A DNA stretch of 63,994 bases, counting the filler, from Basidioascus undulatus (lineage: Eukaryota), in NCBI GenBank assembly GCA_000826855.1. It is 8 parts of 8 records of this genome, joined end to end, with 100 filler letters (N's around TTAATTAATTAA, not from the genome) between each part and the next. Parts side by side here need not be neighbours in the genome. Positions count along the whole stretch, not along the records: positions 24,117 to 32,041 come from JTLS01001463.1; positions 32,142 to 40,061 come from JTLS01001464.1; 6 more parts are not named here. One strand, given 5' to 3'. Shown piece by piece: positions 24,117 to 34,900 of the stretch. The first letter of the stretch is position 1. Each line of letters opens with the position of its first letter. The notes under the pieces are model-generated. The model did not search any database. It was not told where the DNA came from and worked only from the letters and a program-made list of their open reading frames with translations. Both the position numbers and the translations under genes were made by a program.

Positions 24117-24748
24117 GCGCCCGCGCCCGCGCCGCCCCTCCGCGGGCGACCCCTCCGGGTGCTCGGAGGTGAACTTCTGCGGCGTGGCTGTGTTGGTTGG
24201 ATCTGCTTCGCCGTGAGGCACCAGCTTAACTGGGCGCGCGGCGAGGCGCAGGGACGTGAGGTGCGCTTTCGGGAGGACGTCGGGTGCGGTGGATGCATCC
24301 GCTTGGGAGAGCGGGCGGAAGAGGAGCGAGGTGCCCACGAGCGACTCGGGACGGAGGCGGTAGACGCTAGGACCGAGACGGAGAAAGGGCGTGGGTGTGT
24401 CGAGACCCTGCGAGGAGGGACGAGACGATAGTCAGCGACGCGGCTGAGAAGTGGGGGTGCGTGTGGAGACACACGATGAGAGAGTAGTCGTGCGAGTTGA
24501 GGAGCGCGGGGTCTCCCGTTGATCCCAGATCCACCGTCACATACAGATCCTCCTCCTGCATCGCATGGGATCAGCAAGACAAACCCGGCCAAACATGCGG
24601 AGCAGCGGTGTACCTCGTATTCCCACTCGTCCTCATCCTCATCCTCGTTCAAAAACGACTGAACATGCTTCCAACCTGGTCCCAGCAATGTCCCGTCCCC
24701 CTCGGCAGGGTCGTATGCGGGAGAGTGAGCGGTGGGAGCAGTGGACAT
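24117..24748 (-). CDS. TFIIIC subunit 6 (TFIIIC_sub6 / Tfc7 / GTF3C6-like), 3' truncated
   Basis: Acidic EDEDEWEYE|EEDLYVTVDLG...YSLI|GLDTPTPFLRLG...ESLVGTSLLF signature. Confidence 0.8.
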
Positions 24749-25175
24749 GATGAGGGTGAGGAAGGAAGACGCGTCGAGGGCGCGACTGAAGCGCATTCAT
24801 GCGCAGGGACGTCATTGAATCGCCAAACTACGAACCACCTGTTACTCGCAAAGGACCCAACTTGTCCACACATTGAGCCAGTGCACGCATTAAATAATGG
24901 TTCTGAAAAGTCACCGTAATCTTTGGAAGTACTCCTCTCGGTATAAGTCGCAGCGGGCGACCAGCCGCTGTGCTCGCCTCTGCGAGTCGATGTCCAGGGC
25001 TGTTTTCCTTGCCCCGCACAAGACGGCCGCACGACAGTTGTCTTTTCTATCTTGAGGTTACATTCATACACGTAGGTACATGTAAAAGGATCTTGGCATC
25101 TGGAGAATTGGTTCTCTGGACGTCGGGGCATTGACAACTGCGCGTGGCGGGCTTTTATGCGAGCTCGAGGCGAGG

Positions 25176-25186
25176 ACCGTAAAGGT
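25176..25186. promoter_or_regulatory. Candidate Zap1-type zinc-responsive element ACCGTAAAGGT
   Basis: One mismatch to the yeast ZRE consensus ACCTTNAAGGT, embedded in the inverted repeat GGACC-N5-GGTCC, ~130 bp upstream of the ATG at 25315. Confidence 0.5.
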
Positions 25187-25314
25187 CCTTGGCAACAAGT
25201 CAGTGCGCAATGGCGAGTCTTTTCAACGCTCGGGATACTTCCTTGCCCTGACCCACAGCGAGCTTGAGCTTTGGACTATCTCCTTCTGGCTCTACTCTCT
25301 ATTCGTTTGTGAAT

Positions 25315-26596
25315 ATGCAGACCTTCACCACCCTCGCTGCTCTTGCCGCCGTGGCGACTGGTGAGTCGTGACTCCTTGGCTGGCACACCTCCCCTTGAGT
25401 TCTTTCCTAAGATTCCTGTTTACTAAGGCGTTTCCGCGCACATCAACCTCAACTTCCCTTTGTCCACGCGGAACACGAGCGAGCAGTCGACCGGTGCTTT
25501 CTGCGGTCAGTTTTTTCGATCTTACACTGGCGGCAGGATAGAAGGCTGAAGGAGCAGAGTGCTGCAGGCGGTGGTGACCCTGTGGAGCGTGACAGCGACC
25601 GTTACACCTTCCCCCTAAACAACACCTGTAAGCGTGGGAAGGCCTTATATCCGTCACGCGAGGGCGAGCTGACATCCAGCAACGATCTACAGGGGTCAGT
25701 ATCAGCTCCGATGCCGGATTGCAGTGTAGGTTTCACTCGTCACATCCTCCGATGGAGCGCAACAAGGACTGACGCAAAGTCTCTCACAGTCTCTCTGCGA
25801 TACGCCAACTCTTCCGAGGCGACCTCCCTGGAAGGTGGGTGAACCTCCTTGACCGTTACCGCATTCAAAGCCTCACACCAAACGTCGTCCACCCGTTCCT
25901 CCACCGGCACTAGCCTTCGACCAAGTCCTCGTCTCGAACGTAACCATCCCCGAGTCCGGCAACCTTTGCCTCTTCTTCGACTTCGAGTCCCTCCCTCTCA
26001 GCGGGCAGACGGGTACCCTCTACTTCGAGTCTTTGGACCCCTCCGGCGAGGAGCCGGCCACCTCGGCTTGCGCGGACGTGGTGTTCAACTCTGGCGGTGC
26101 GTCTAGCGGCTCTACATGCGAGCATCTCTACAATGGAGCTGACATGCTAATGCGCATGGGGTTGGGAATACAGTCACTGCTGCGGTGCTCAACAACCTTT
26201 ACGACCAAAAGTGCACGAACGGAACGATTGAGGAAGAGACGGACCACGCGGACGAGGGCGAGTGCCACTGGTGCGCCCTGCTCTTGCAATCCCCCTATCT
26301 CCAGGCAAAAACATACTAACTGCCCCCAATTCTATTCCGCACAGCCACTCGCACGCCAACGGCGAAGAGCACTGCTCGGTACGCCCCGCTTCCACATGTA
26401 TTGACGACCGATTGACTGACTTGCCTACCCTATCCCCTACCGTTAGGGTAACTGCGATGCTTCCTCCACCACCGCCGCCGGCGCGAGCGAGACGGGCGCG
26501 AGCGACAACGAGGACAGCGGGGCGCTTTCGCTCCGGTCTGGCGCAGCCATCGCCGGTGCACTCGCTGCAGTCGGCGTTGCGATGGTCGCGTTCTGA
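25315..26596 (+). CDS. Secreted GPI-anchored Bim1/X325 (LPMO-like) family protein with a Pra1-type HCHxHxxGxxHC motif, 9 exons
   Basis: Exons 25315-25360, 25428-25505, 25568-25627, 25693-25725, 25790-25834, 25914-26096, 26174-26270, 26345-26378, 26447-26596. Translation: MQTFTTLAALAAVATGVSA^HINLNFPLSTRNTSEQSTGAFCGGGDPVERDSDRYTFPLNNTWVSISSDAGLQFSLRYANSSEATSLEAFDQVLVSNVTIPESGNLCLFFDFESLPLSGQTGTLYFESLDPSGEEPATSACADVVFNSGVTAAVLNNLYDQKCTNGTIEEETDHADEGECHCHSHANGEEHCSGNCDASSTTAAGASETGASDNEDSGALSLRSGAAIAGALAAVGVAMVAF*. Confidence 0.8.
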
Positions 26597-27299
26597 GCTC
26601 GGCACTCCAAAACACTTTCCTGTTCCTTATCTGTATACTGCATTTTCAAAGTACTCAAGCACGATGTAATGCGTGATGCTCCGCTTAGCTTCATGGTGGC
26701 TCTGTCTGCTCGTTGTTATGGCTGTGCTGGAGTCCGAGCCTTGTTGTCGGACATGTTCCTGGGTTTTTGGACAGGCCGTCAGAGTTGACTTGCGCCCCCT
26801 CCATTCCAACTTCCGCTTTCGAACCAGCAGTCACAGCTATTTCCGGTTAGAATACTCGGGAAAAGACCCGGGCGGATCGGCCTGGTCGGAAATTGGTATG
26901 GCAGGACGGAGATTGTTTGGGAGGTTCTGGAAACTACGGATCGACTTTTGGAGAATTGCAGACTTGTAAGAGCTCCGCGAGGGGTTAGGACCCTTACACC
27001 TGCAGACGAAGCCGTGCGCCGCTCAAGTGCTCAAGTACGTCTCTGTCCTCTTTGCCATTCTATTTAAAGCCTGTATTTCACTTAGATTAATTGTCTGCCC
27101 CTCTCATGCGGGAGCGTCTGCAAGAAGCTTGAGTCCCTCTCGACACAAGGCATCATTCACTGGCAACGGGGGTGTTCCTTCCTTCTCCTCACCTGTACTT
27201 TCTGCTCCTGCGACTCTGGAGGATGCTGGGAACCTCAGGTCAGCCGCAAAGACATGCCCAATTCAATTCAAAAGGGCAGTAGTAGCTGGGACGGCAGCA

Positions 27300-29110
27300 G
27301 GTCATCCAAAGTGTATATTTCACTGCAGCAGTCCATTCCTTCCCCCACTGAATCTTCTTTTCATCTTTCCCACCTCATTATACCATGCCCACTGTTCAAT
27401 CCTGATTTTCTCCCACATCACATACCTCCAACGCTTAATGTCCCACATCATTTGAGTTCAACATCCCACACACCACATCTGCTTTGCTTGCAGCAGCTTG
27501 ACCTGCAATTAGAGCCATGGCAGTAATTGTATTGTGCCTCTTGCTGCTAAGCAGTGCACCTTTAGAGGCAGTGAAGCCAATGCAGGCCTTCAATTAGGAA
27601 TATTGGAAGTTTGTTAATGATGGATTGCTAAACTTAAGACATACCTCAACTGAAAATTGCCCCTGACAGAAAGTTGTCCTGGAAAGAAAGCCCACTATGT
27701 CAGTATGAAAACCAGAAGTCATTCTGTCATTCTTACAAATCCAGCCCACTTTGTCAGGATACAACCAGACCAAACTGTAAGACCAGACCACCAGACCAGA
27801 CCATCAGATTAGACAAGATGTTCAGACCAGACCAACCTGTCAGACAAGACCCCCAGACCAGACCAGGCTTCCAGGCCAGACAATTAGGCAGGACCACCAG
27901 ACCTGACCAGAAATTCACCGGACCAAACTGTCAGGCCAGACCCTTAGACCAGACCTCCAGACCATTGAACTTCCATATGGGGAGGGGGGGGGCAGGGGAT
28001 GTAATTTTGGATTTTGGTCCTAATGTTAGGACCAAATGACATGTTTCTCAACCATGTTTCTTTAATAACAGGTTGTCACTGCACCCTGGATGTTGGCCCT
28101 AATATTAGTACTCAGTGACACATTTCATCACTGCACACACTTGGCCCTCTGCTCCCTGGGCTGAAGGCCCACATGATTTGTGTCTGGCAACCCCCCCCCC
28201 TGCAGAAATCTGTGCGTGTGGGGACATGGCCTACAGGCAGGTTTTAAAAAATTGAGCACAGTAGCTCATGTTTTGGGGCCTAATAAAAATGCCACCCTCA
28301 ATGATTACATTCAGCTGACACTGTTTCTTGTGGTCTTCCAGCCTCTTAAAATAGCAGTGCTTGAGTGATGGATGCCTGTGAGTGAAGAAATGCCTGGGGG
28401 AAATTGCAGTACCTTGGGTGAAAAACAGCCTTGATGAAATGGCAGTCCTTCAGTGAAGGACAGCCATGAGTGAAGGACTGCCTCAAAAAATGTCACTCTT
28501 GTCTTGGTGTCTACCAGAAGGTATTCAGTCAGAATGACAATTACAAGGTGTTCAGTTAAGATGACACCAACAAGGCCTTCCTATCTACCAGACACCTACA
28601 GACACTGACTATCTATATCTGCAGACACACTGTAGACACACCCTTGTAGATCCTGACAATCCATGGTGACTGACATCCCACAGACCCTGCCTGTCTATGG
28701 TAAATCTGTGCAACAATGATCTGGCTTGTAGAATGTCCAAGTCATCTCCTCCTCCTCACTCACCACTCCCAGCTGTCATCCCGTAGTCAGCATGTCTTGA
28801 ATGCTGCATGCACTGCAGACAACAACAACTTTGTCACCTTTGCTGACCTGTCCCGCCACTTCATTGCTAGTGACCCCATCATGAGTGTCTCCTTTAAATA
28901 CTGCAGCTTGACACTCTCTGGCTGTGGGACCAGTGCAATCTGGAGAGCCCTAAAGACTTTGCACCACTCTCAGATGAGGTGTCGCCAAAGCTGGTGATGG
29001 CTGTGGGTTTCAACATGGGTGTCCAAAATGTTCTCCAACATGTCAGCAAGTTGTCCACATGCTAACATGTTAGCAGGCTGTTCAATGCTTCACCCAACAT
29101 GTCAGAGGAG
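27300..29110. mobile_element. CpG-depleted degenerate repeat/transposon relic
   Basis: Almost no CG dinucleotides over ~1.8 kb in a CG-rich genome, a CCAGA-rich array at 27764-27964, and a hairpin TTTGGTCCTAA-TG-TTAGGACCAAA at 28013-28036. No intact ORF. Confidence 0.5.
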
Positions 29111-29197
29111 CATCCAAGTTTGCAGCGACAGCCGGGGACAACAGCAGTACTAACATGACGACTCATATCGGAGCCAGTACAGTGCGAGTATAATTTC

Positions 29198-29490
29198 ACC
29201 TTCCATTGCATCAGGCAACCAGGCATGCTGTCCGAGCTGGGCAGACTTACCCATGGCACCTCCGATCAGCAGCAGTGCCACAACTGTCAACAGGTCTTCA
29301 CTGACATACGGAGCCAGGCTGAAGACTGTCGCGTAGTCGAGTGACCGAATAGTCAGAACACGGCGCAGAATCTGACGGAGAGCGAGTAGTCACTGACTCG
29401 GTCCGTGATGAACGCCTTGGCCGCTGACTTGCTAGCTTGAACACGGCTGAACCAGAAGCCGATGAGCAAGTATGATGCGACGCCTATGCC
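29198..29490 (-). pseudogene. nad5: NUMT: mitochondrial nad5 exon fragment
   Basis: [35 protein letters not shown]...VF(TGA=W)LFG, then after a frameshift LDYATVFSLAPY...GAMGKSAQLGQHAWLPDAMEG. Confidence 0.92.
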
Positions 29491-29690
29491 TTACCACTCT
29501 TTTTCAGCGTATCAGAGCTACTGACTGTACAGTGTTAACGGTGCAATTTGTCCAACGGTCATTACGGCGTTGAAGCAGCTACGGCTAGCACAGCACCACA
29601 GTGACGACAGTTAACACGGCGTTACTGTGGCTACGGCCAACACGGCGTAGACCACGAGTGTGCTGTACCGAAATGACGGCGGCAGGGGAG

Positions 29691-29746
29691 TCAGTCGATT
29701 TTATACTGCATGGAAGGGATGACGTACGGTTTGACCAGGGCGCCCA
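29691..29746 (-). pseudogene. NUMT: C-terminal tail of an intronic LAGLIDADG homing endonuclease
   Basis: [15 protein letters not shown] resembles the LVKPY/HFIPSMxYK terminus of mitochondrial LAGLIDADG ORFs, and is followed by group I intron-like sequence (GTACAGTC). Confidence 0.55.
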
Positions 29747-30070
29747 CTAGTGTGTTAGGCGCGTAGAACACAAACAGTGACAGTGCCAGCAAGAACAGGA
29801 ATATGGTCACCAGGTCCTTAAAGGTAAAGTACGGGTGCATCGCAAGCCGGTCAGTGGTGCCAGTCACGCCCAGCGGGTTCGAGCTGCCGTGCGTGTGCAG
29901 TGTCATCAGGTGCACGATGGCCAGCGCAGCTAGCAGGAACGGCAGCAGATAGTGTAGGCTGAAGAACCGGTTCAGCGTGGCGTTGCTGACCCTGAACCCG
30001 CCCCCAAAAACTCAACAAAGTCCTGGCCGATCCAAGGAATCGCACTCAGCGGATTCGTGGTTACGGTTGC
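29747..30070 (-). pseudogene. cob: NUMT: mitochondrial cytochrome b exon fragment
   Basis: [21 protein letters not shown], a 1-nt frameshift, then [46 protein letters not shown]...HPYFTFKDL...FYAPNTL. Preceded by group I intron-like core sequence (ATGTACAGTCG...GGTACAGTC) at ~30071-30330. Confidence 0.95.
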
Positions 30071-31248
30071 CAGTTCCCTACCAGGACAGTAGACTGTACC
30101 GAAGAGGCTCGACTGTACATTAATCGGCTAACTTCGGTGCTGTGTCAGCCACCCACGAGCGAGGCAGTCAGTAGCGGAGGCGGCTTACTCCGAGGGTCTT
30201 GAGCGCACCGGGCGGCTCTTGACCGTTACAGCTCGTGATGCCAGGCAGACTACTACTGTACGCTACACAGCAAGCCGCGATCACTTGGCCTATAGCTGCA
30301 GCGTTCTCGTGTGCTCCCTTCGCTCGCGGGCACAAGCGGTCTGGACATGGGGACGGAGGGATTTTCAAAAGGTCCATTACTGGTCAAGAACGATGGGAGA
30401 CGCCAGAGCTAGGGAGGGGGGGGGGCGTTGTATGAGGGCGAGGGCGCGGGGGTCACGGGCCGCAGCGCAGGGCGAGGGATGAGGTTGCGTCCAAGGAGTA
30501 GTTTCTTGCTGCGACAGCCTATTCCGACTGTTATCCTTTCACAGATAGCTTTTCTTGTTCATTGAGAGGACTGCAAAACACACAACAAAAAGCAAGCAGC
30601 AGGGGCGACGCTGGCTGCCTAGCTGACAGAGGCAACTTTGCTGAACCTTTCCGCTTGCGACTTCCCACCCTTTCAAGAGCTAGGCCTAGTTGGGACTGTA
30701 ATTCAGGGAAGGAGAGCAGCGATTCCAGGAAAGTCATATGTGCCCAGTATTGCCTCCACGGAAAGAGCCTTCCTCGACAAAGTTTAAGGAAAGGCGCAGC
30801 TACAGGGCTGCTTGTAGACTCCCGCACCATTGCACAACGCTTCCCTCACCCTCATCCTTGGACATAGACAAAGAAAAGCTGTGCATTGAAAATCCGTGAT
30901 GAAAAACCCCAGCAGCATGGGGAAAGCATTTTTTTTTTTGCCCTGCCGCCAGACCTGATATACTGTCGTGCTGGAAAGCTGAGAAGATTCAGGACGGCAT
31001 TCGCGCGGTAGGGGATGGGAGGAGTCAATGAGTGGAAGAAGGGTTGAAGGGGAGGGAGAGGGGAGGAAAGGGTAGGGTATGATCAGAGCGGAGTGCGGAG
31101 AGGCATGGATGAGGTTACGAAGCCAGATAGAGGATGAGCAAGTGCATGCATGAGGGTACGGAAAGAAAAGCGCGTCGCGCCTGCCCTGGGATACACGTCC
31201 CATCAGGCTGATGGTAATAGAAACACGAGATTCCAAGCCCTGAGGCAT

Positions 31249-32041
31249 TCACCCCGCCACAGCCGCTGCCGCTGCCGACCCGCCCGCCAGCGCCTCGTAC
31301 CTCCTGATCCTCTCCTTTACGCCAGGACACTGGCCCCTCCCGTCCTCATCAGTATCATCCCATATTCCTCCCTTCTCCCTGCCTCTCCCTTTACATTCCT
31401 CACAGACTCACCACCGCCCTCCGAACCATCTCCTCCCCCTCCCGGCCGCCCCACAGCCCCTCCCTGCCCCTCGCACCACCTACGACCTCCCCGAACGTGC
31501 GCCATGCGCGGCCGAGCCGCGCCCGGGCGAGGGCGCGCTTGAGGTTCGTGAGTGCCGGGAGGAGGGAGGAGGAGATTGTGCGAGCGTGGGCCTCGGGTGG
31601 GAGGAGGTTGTGTGCGATGAGGTGTGAGGGCGGCGGGCGGCGAGCGAGGTGGGTGGTGAGGAGCGTGCGCAGGTGGAGGGAAGAGAGGTGGAGGGAGCGG
31701 TGGTAGAGCGCTATGGACTGTGGGTGCGTTATTTTGAGCTTGTCTCGCAAGATATCAAAACGGATGAAGCGGGAGACACAAACGCACATGCGCATCCCCC
31801 AAATACCTCCCTTCCCTCGCCTTCCTCACAATCCCCAGTCCCCTCGCCAGCCCGCGTCCCACAACATCCTCCACAAAACTGGCCCGGAACCCCCCGAAAA
31901 GGGCGTGCGAGATCCGCGCGGGGGTGGTGTGTCGAAGACGGAGGGCGTGTAGAGCGCGGTGGGAGGCGTGTGAGCGGAGGAGCGCGTGCGTCCGGAGGAG
32001 GGCCCGGAGGTCGGGGAGGTCGAGATACTGGGAGAGGGGGG
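31249..32041 (-). CDS. F-box-like protein with RPEL-like repeat (5' truncated)
   Basis: LSQYLDLPDLRALLRTHALLRSHASHRALHALRL...|LRTLLTTHLARRPPPSHLIAHNLLPP...ISSSLLPALTNLKRA...|CPGVKERIRRYEALA...*, with canonical introns. Confidence 0.6.
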
Positions 32042-32848
32042 NNNNNNNNNNNNNNNNNNNNNNNNNNNNNNNNNNNNNNNNNNNNTTAATTAATTAANNN
32101 NNNNNNNNNNNNNNNNNNNNNNNNNNNNNNNNNNNNNNNNNAGCAGCACACGGTGGTGGTGGTGGTGGCGGGAGTTGCTGAGGATTCGAGGCATGCTCAA
32201 GTAATACGAAAATAGTCAATGTGTACTTCTAGTTTTTTCATGACTCAATTGATTTACCCAGGCTTACGCGATGAATGCTGAGAAATATCAATCGTTACAT
32301 GACCGCGTGCTGGTGCTGTTGGACCAACGCGTCCACTCTGTCGAGCTACGAACGGCCAGAACACATCAATCCTCTTGCATATTGAAATTCCTGACGGGTA
32401 ATGCCTGCCGAGTCCAAGGTCAACGCTACTACTGATGCTGCTGCCGATGCGAATGTTTGCCGTTTCGTTGGGCATGAGTGGGGTGCCATGGCCATGTAAA
32501 GCGTGCAAAAGCTGTTATCTCGACCCCCATGATTCCATGTGGGTTCCAAGCCCCATCAATGGCCGCCCGACTAGGTACATTCCTTGGGCATTGAGCACGC
32601 TGTACCAGTCCGCGCACACGGATGAAAGAGATTGAAACCCGACTGAGCCAATTTACAGTCTTTAAGCCTGCTTGTACTCACATGGAACCGCAATTCTTTT
32701 CGTTCTCTTCACTCTCGAAACCGCTGGGTTCGGCAGTAGAGCCCGGATCGCGAACACTTGCCATCAAGATGCTGCACACCTCAAGCTGTTCTCGTTGGAC
32801 TTCGTGGCAATCTTCATTGACACAGTCCATGATTAATTTCGCAATGCC

Positions 32849-34900
32849 TCACAACTTCGACATTTCGTGGCCAGTCGTTCCCCCTGCCGCATCTGCCTTG
32901 AACCAGTTCAGGTACTTGTCCGCTGCCCGCTTGGTGATTCCGGGCGCGATGGGGTCGGCCTCCTCGCGTCCCTCGAGGTACAGCCTAATGGTGGTGTCGG
33001 CGTCCTCCTCCGCGTCGTAACACCACATAGAGAGCACGACCTGGGGGTCACCGAGAAGGTTTGCGGACCGAATGAAGGGCTTTCCCTCGAGCCCTGCGCG
33101 CAATGTGCGGTCGCGAGCCTGTGAATGTCCTTTGGGTCAGCGGAAACTGGGTCATTATGCGGGAGGGGAAAGCGAGACCTCTTGTTCGGGACCGTTAGGA
33201 AGATGCCACAGCGCGCCATTTAGGAAAGAGATCTGCTGCTTTTCAGCAGCCTTGGGCATACGCGTGCGCTCATAGAGCTCGAGCGCCTCGGAGAGAGTGA
33301 GACGACCTTGAACGACCTCGCGAAGCACCTGGCCGAGCCAAGCGCCGTCCTCGATCGCAGTCGCTGCGCCTTGTCTGTTCAGGACGTGTTCAGCCTGACA
33401 CGCAGAGCAAGAAACCCCAGAAAATAACTTACGCCATATGGTTGACCATAGAATGAGCGGCGTCCCCCATCAGGACCACGTTGCGTCGGGGAGAAAGCCA
33501 AGTTTCGAGGGGACCCGTCACAAGCAACGGCCAGCGCTTCGTCTCGTTCGTCTCGTCAACCATTTGACAGATACGCGCGATCCTGGCATTTGTTCAACCC
33601 TCTGGTTAGAAATCACGTTCGATCATTCCTACTGGTCAACTCACCTCGGGTCGAAGTCCTTACTCCACTCCTTAAGCGTCGGTAGCACATCGGGCTCCCA
33701 CTGGTCCATCGGCTTGTCGTGATGGTGAGAAATAACCATGTTGAAGACCTCGCCGCCACATATGGGGTAAGAAATGACTGAAATTTCGGTTCGCGAAAGA
33801 AGTGTTAGCATGAGCAGCCTGCGCAAGCAGCTTTACGACTTACTGTAACCACGGGGGTTCCCGCTCATCCAGACGTCCTGGGTAGGCTTCTCGATAAGCT
33901 CCTTCGCAATCGGATCCTCCCTGATCTTCGAGTATGGGACGACAGCCCGGTAGGCGTAGTTCGGCGTGCTGCATAAGCGGGGTAATTTCTTTAGTACTCA
34001 AGGTTCTGTTAGAAAAATCGGCAACAAACACTCACGGGCAGACAGGGTCGCTGCCGGGGAACAAAGTGTTACGACAGATCGATTTAACGCCGTCCGAGCC
34101 TTTGGATAAATGCGTAAGTCAATAATCCACTTGCGGTGGGTTTGCGACAGTAAGAGGGTTCACCAACGACAAGATCGGCAGTGTAGACCTTGCCGTCCCA
34201 GGTCGTGACCTTCGCCTCCTTCTCGTGGTGCTCGAGCTTGTCAACCTTGCTGTGGTCAAGGGCGTTTCAGTAAGATAGGCTCATTCTGTCAGCCCTCGCA
34301 GCCGCTTGCATATTCACCTATTGACGCGAATATCAACACCGTGCTGCCGAGCAACGGCCACCAGGCCGTCGTGCAGGTGGGCGCGATGCACAACCCACCA
34401 AGGGTAGCCCGCTTGCTCGCAGATCGAAGCGATTTTAGAGTATCCGACCTACGAGAATTACAGAGTTTTCAGTCCATTGCGCAATTCGGAATAAAACTAT
34501 AGAAGCACCTTCGTCCCGTCCTTACGATACAGGTTGAGTTCCTCGAACTCAACGAGATTCTTGCCAATGACCTTGTCAACGCCCCACTTTATGAGGAAGC
34601 GTGAGACGTTTGGAGTAACTTGGATGCCGGCCCCGATCTATGCAGTAGACACAGCTGTTCAGCCGAAAAGTGTCAGGCCTCTCTTGAATCATCAAGTAAC
34701 GCACCTCCCCTAGCTCTTCGGCGGCTTCCAGAAGAGTGACTTTGCAGCCCGCCTTGGCCATAGCAATCGACCCCGCTACACCACCCAGACCGGCGCCTAC
34801 AATGAGAATGCGGAGGTCGTGGGTTTGCCTAGTCTGTGTGGAGTTGTAGTCTCAGCCTGCAGGCCTGCACAGACGTAGAAATGGAAGTTCTGCGTACCAT
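32849..34900 (-). CDS. FAD-dependent monooxygenase (salicylate hydroxylase-like), multi-exon
   Basis: ILIVGAGLGG (GxGxxG), LGEIGAGIQVTPN, HRAHLH, ADLVVGSDGVKS (DG motif), NVVLMGDAAHSMVNHMAQGAATAIEDG (GD motif). The first exon is the ATG only. Confidence 0.93.

Noticed and set aside
27764..27964. Repeat array as a possible CRISPR or repeat-protein ORF (RPDQ repeats)
   Set aside because: The units are irregular 5-10 nt motifs with no repeat-spacer structure, in a eukaryotic CpG-depleted context.
29691..30070. Functional nuclear-transferred cob gene
   Set aside because: It is partial and frameshifted, has no targeting sequence, retains group I intron pieces and is fused to unrelated mtDNA.
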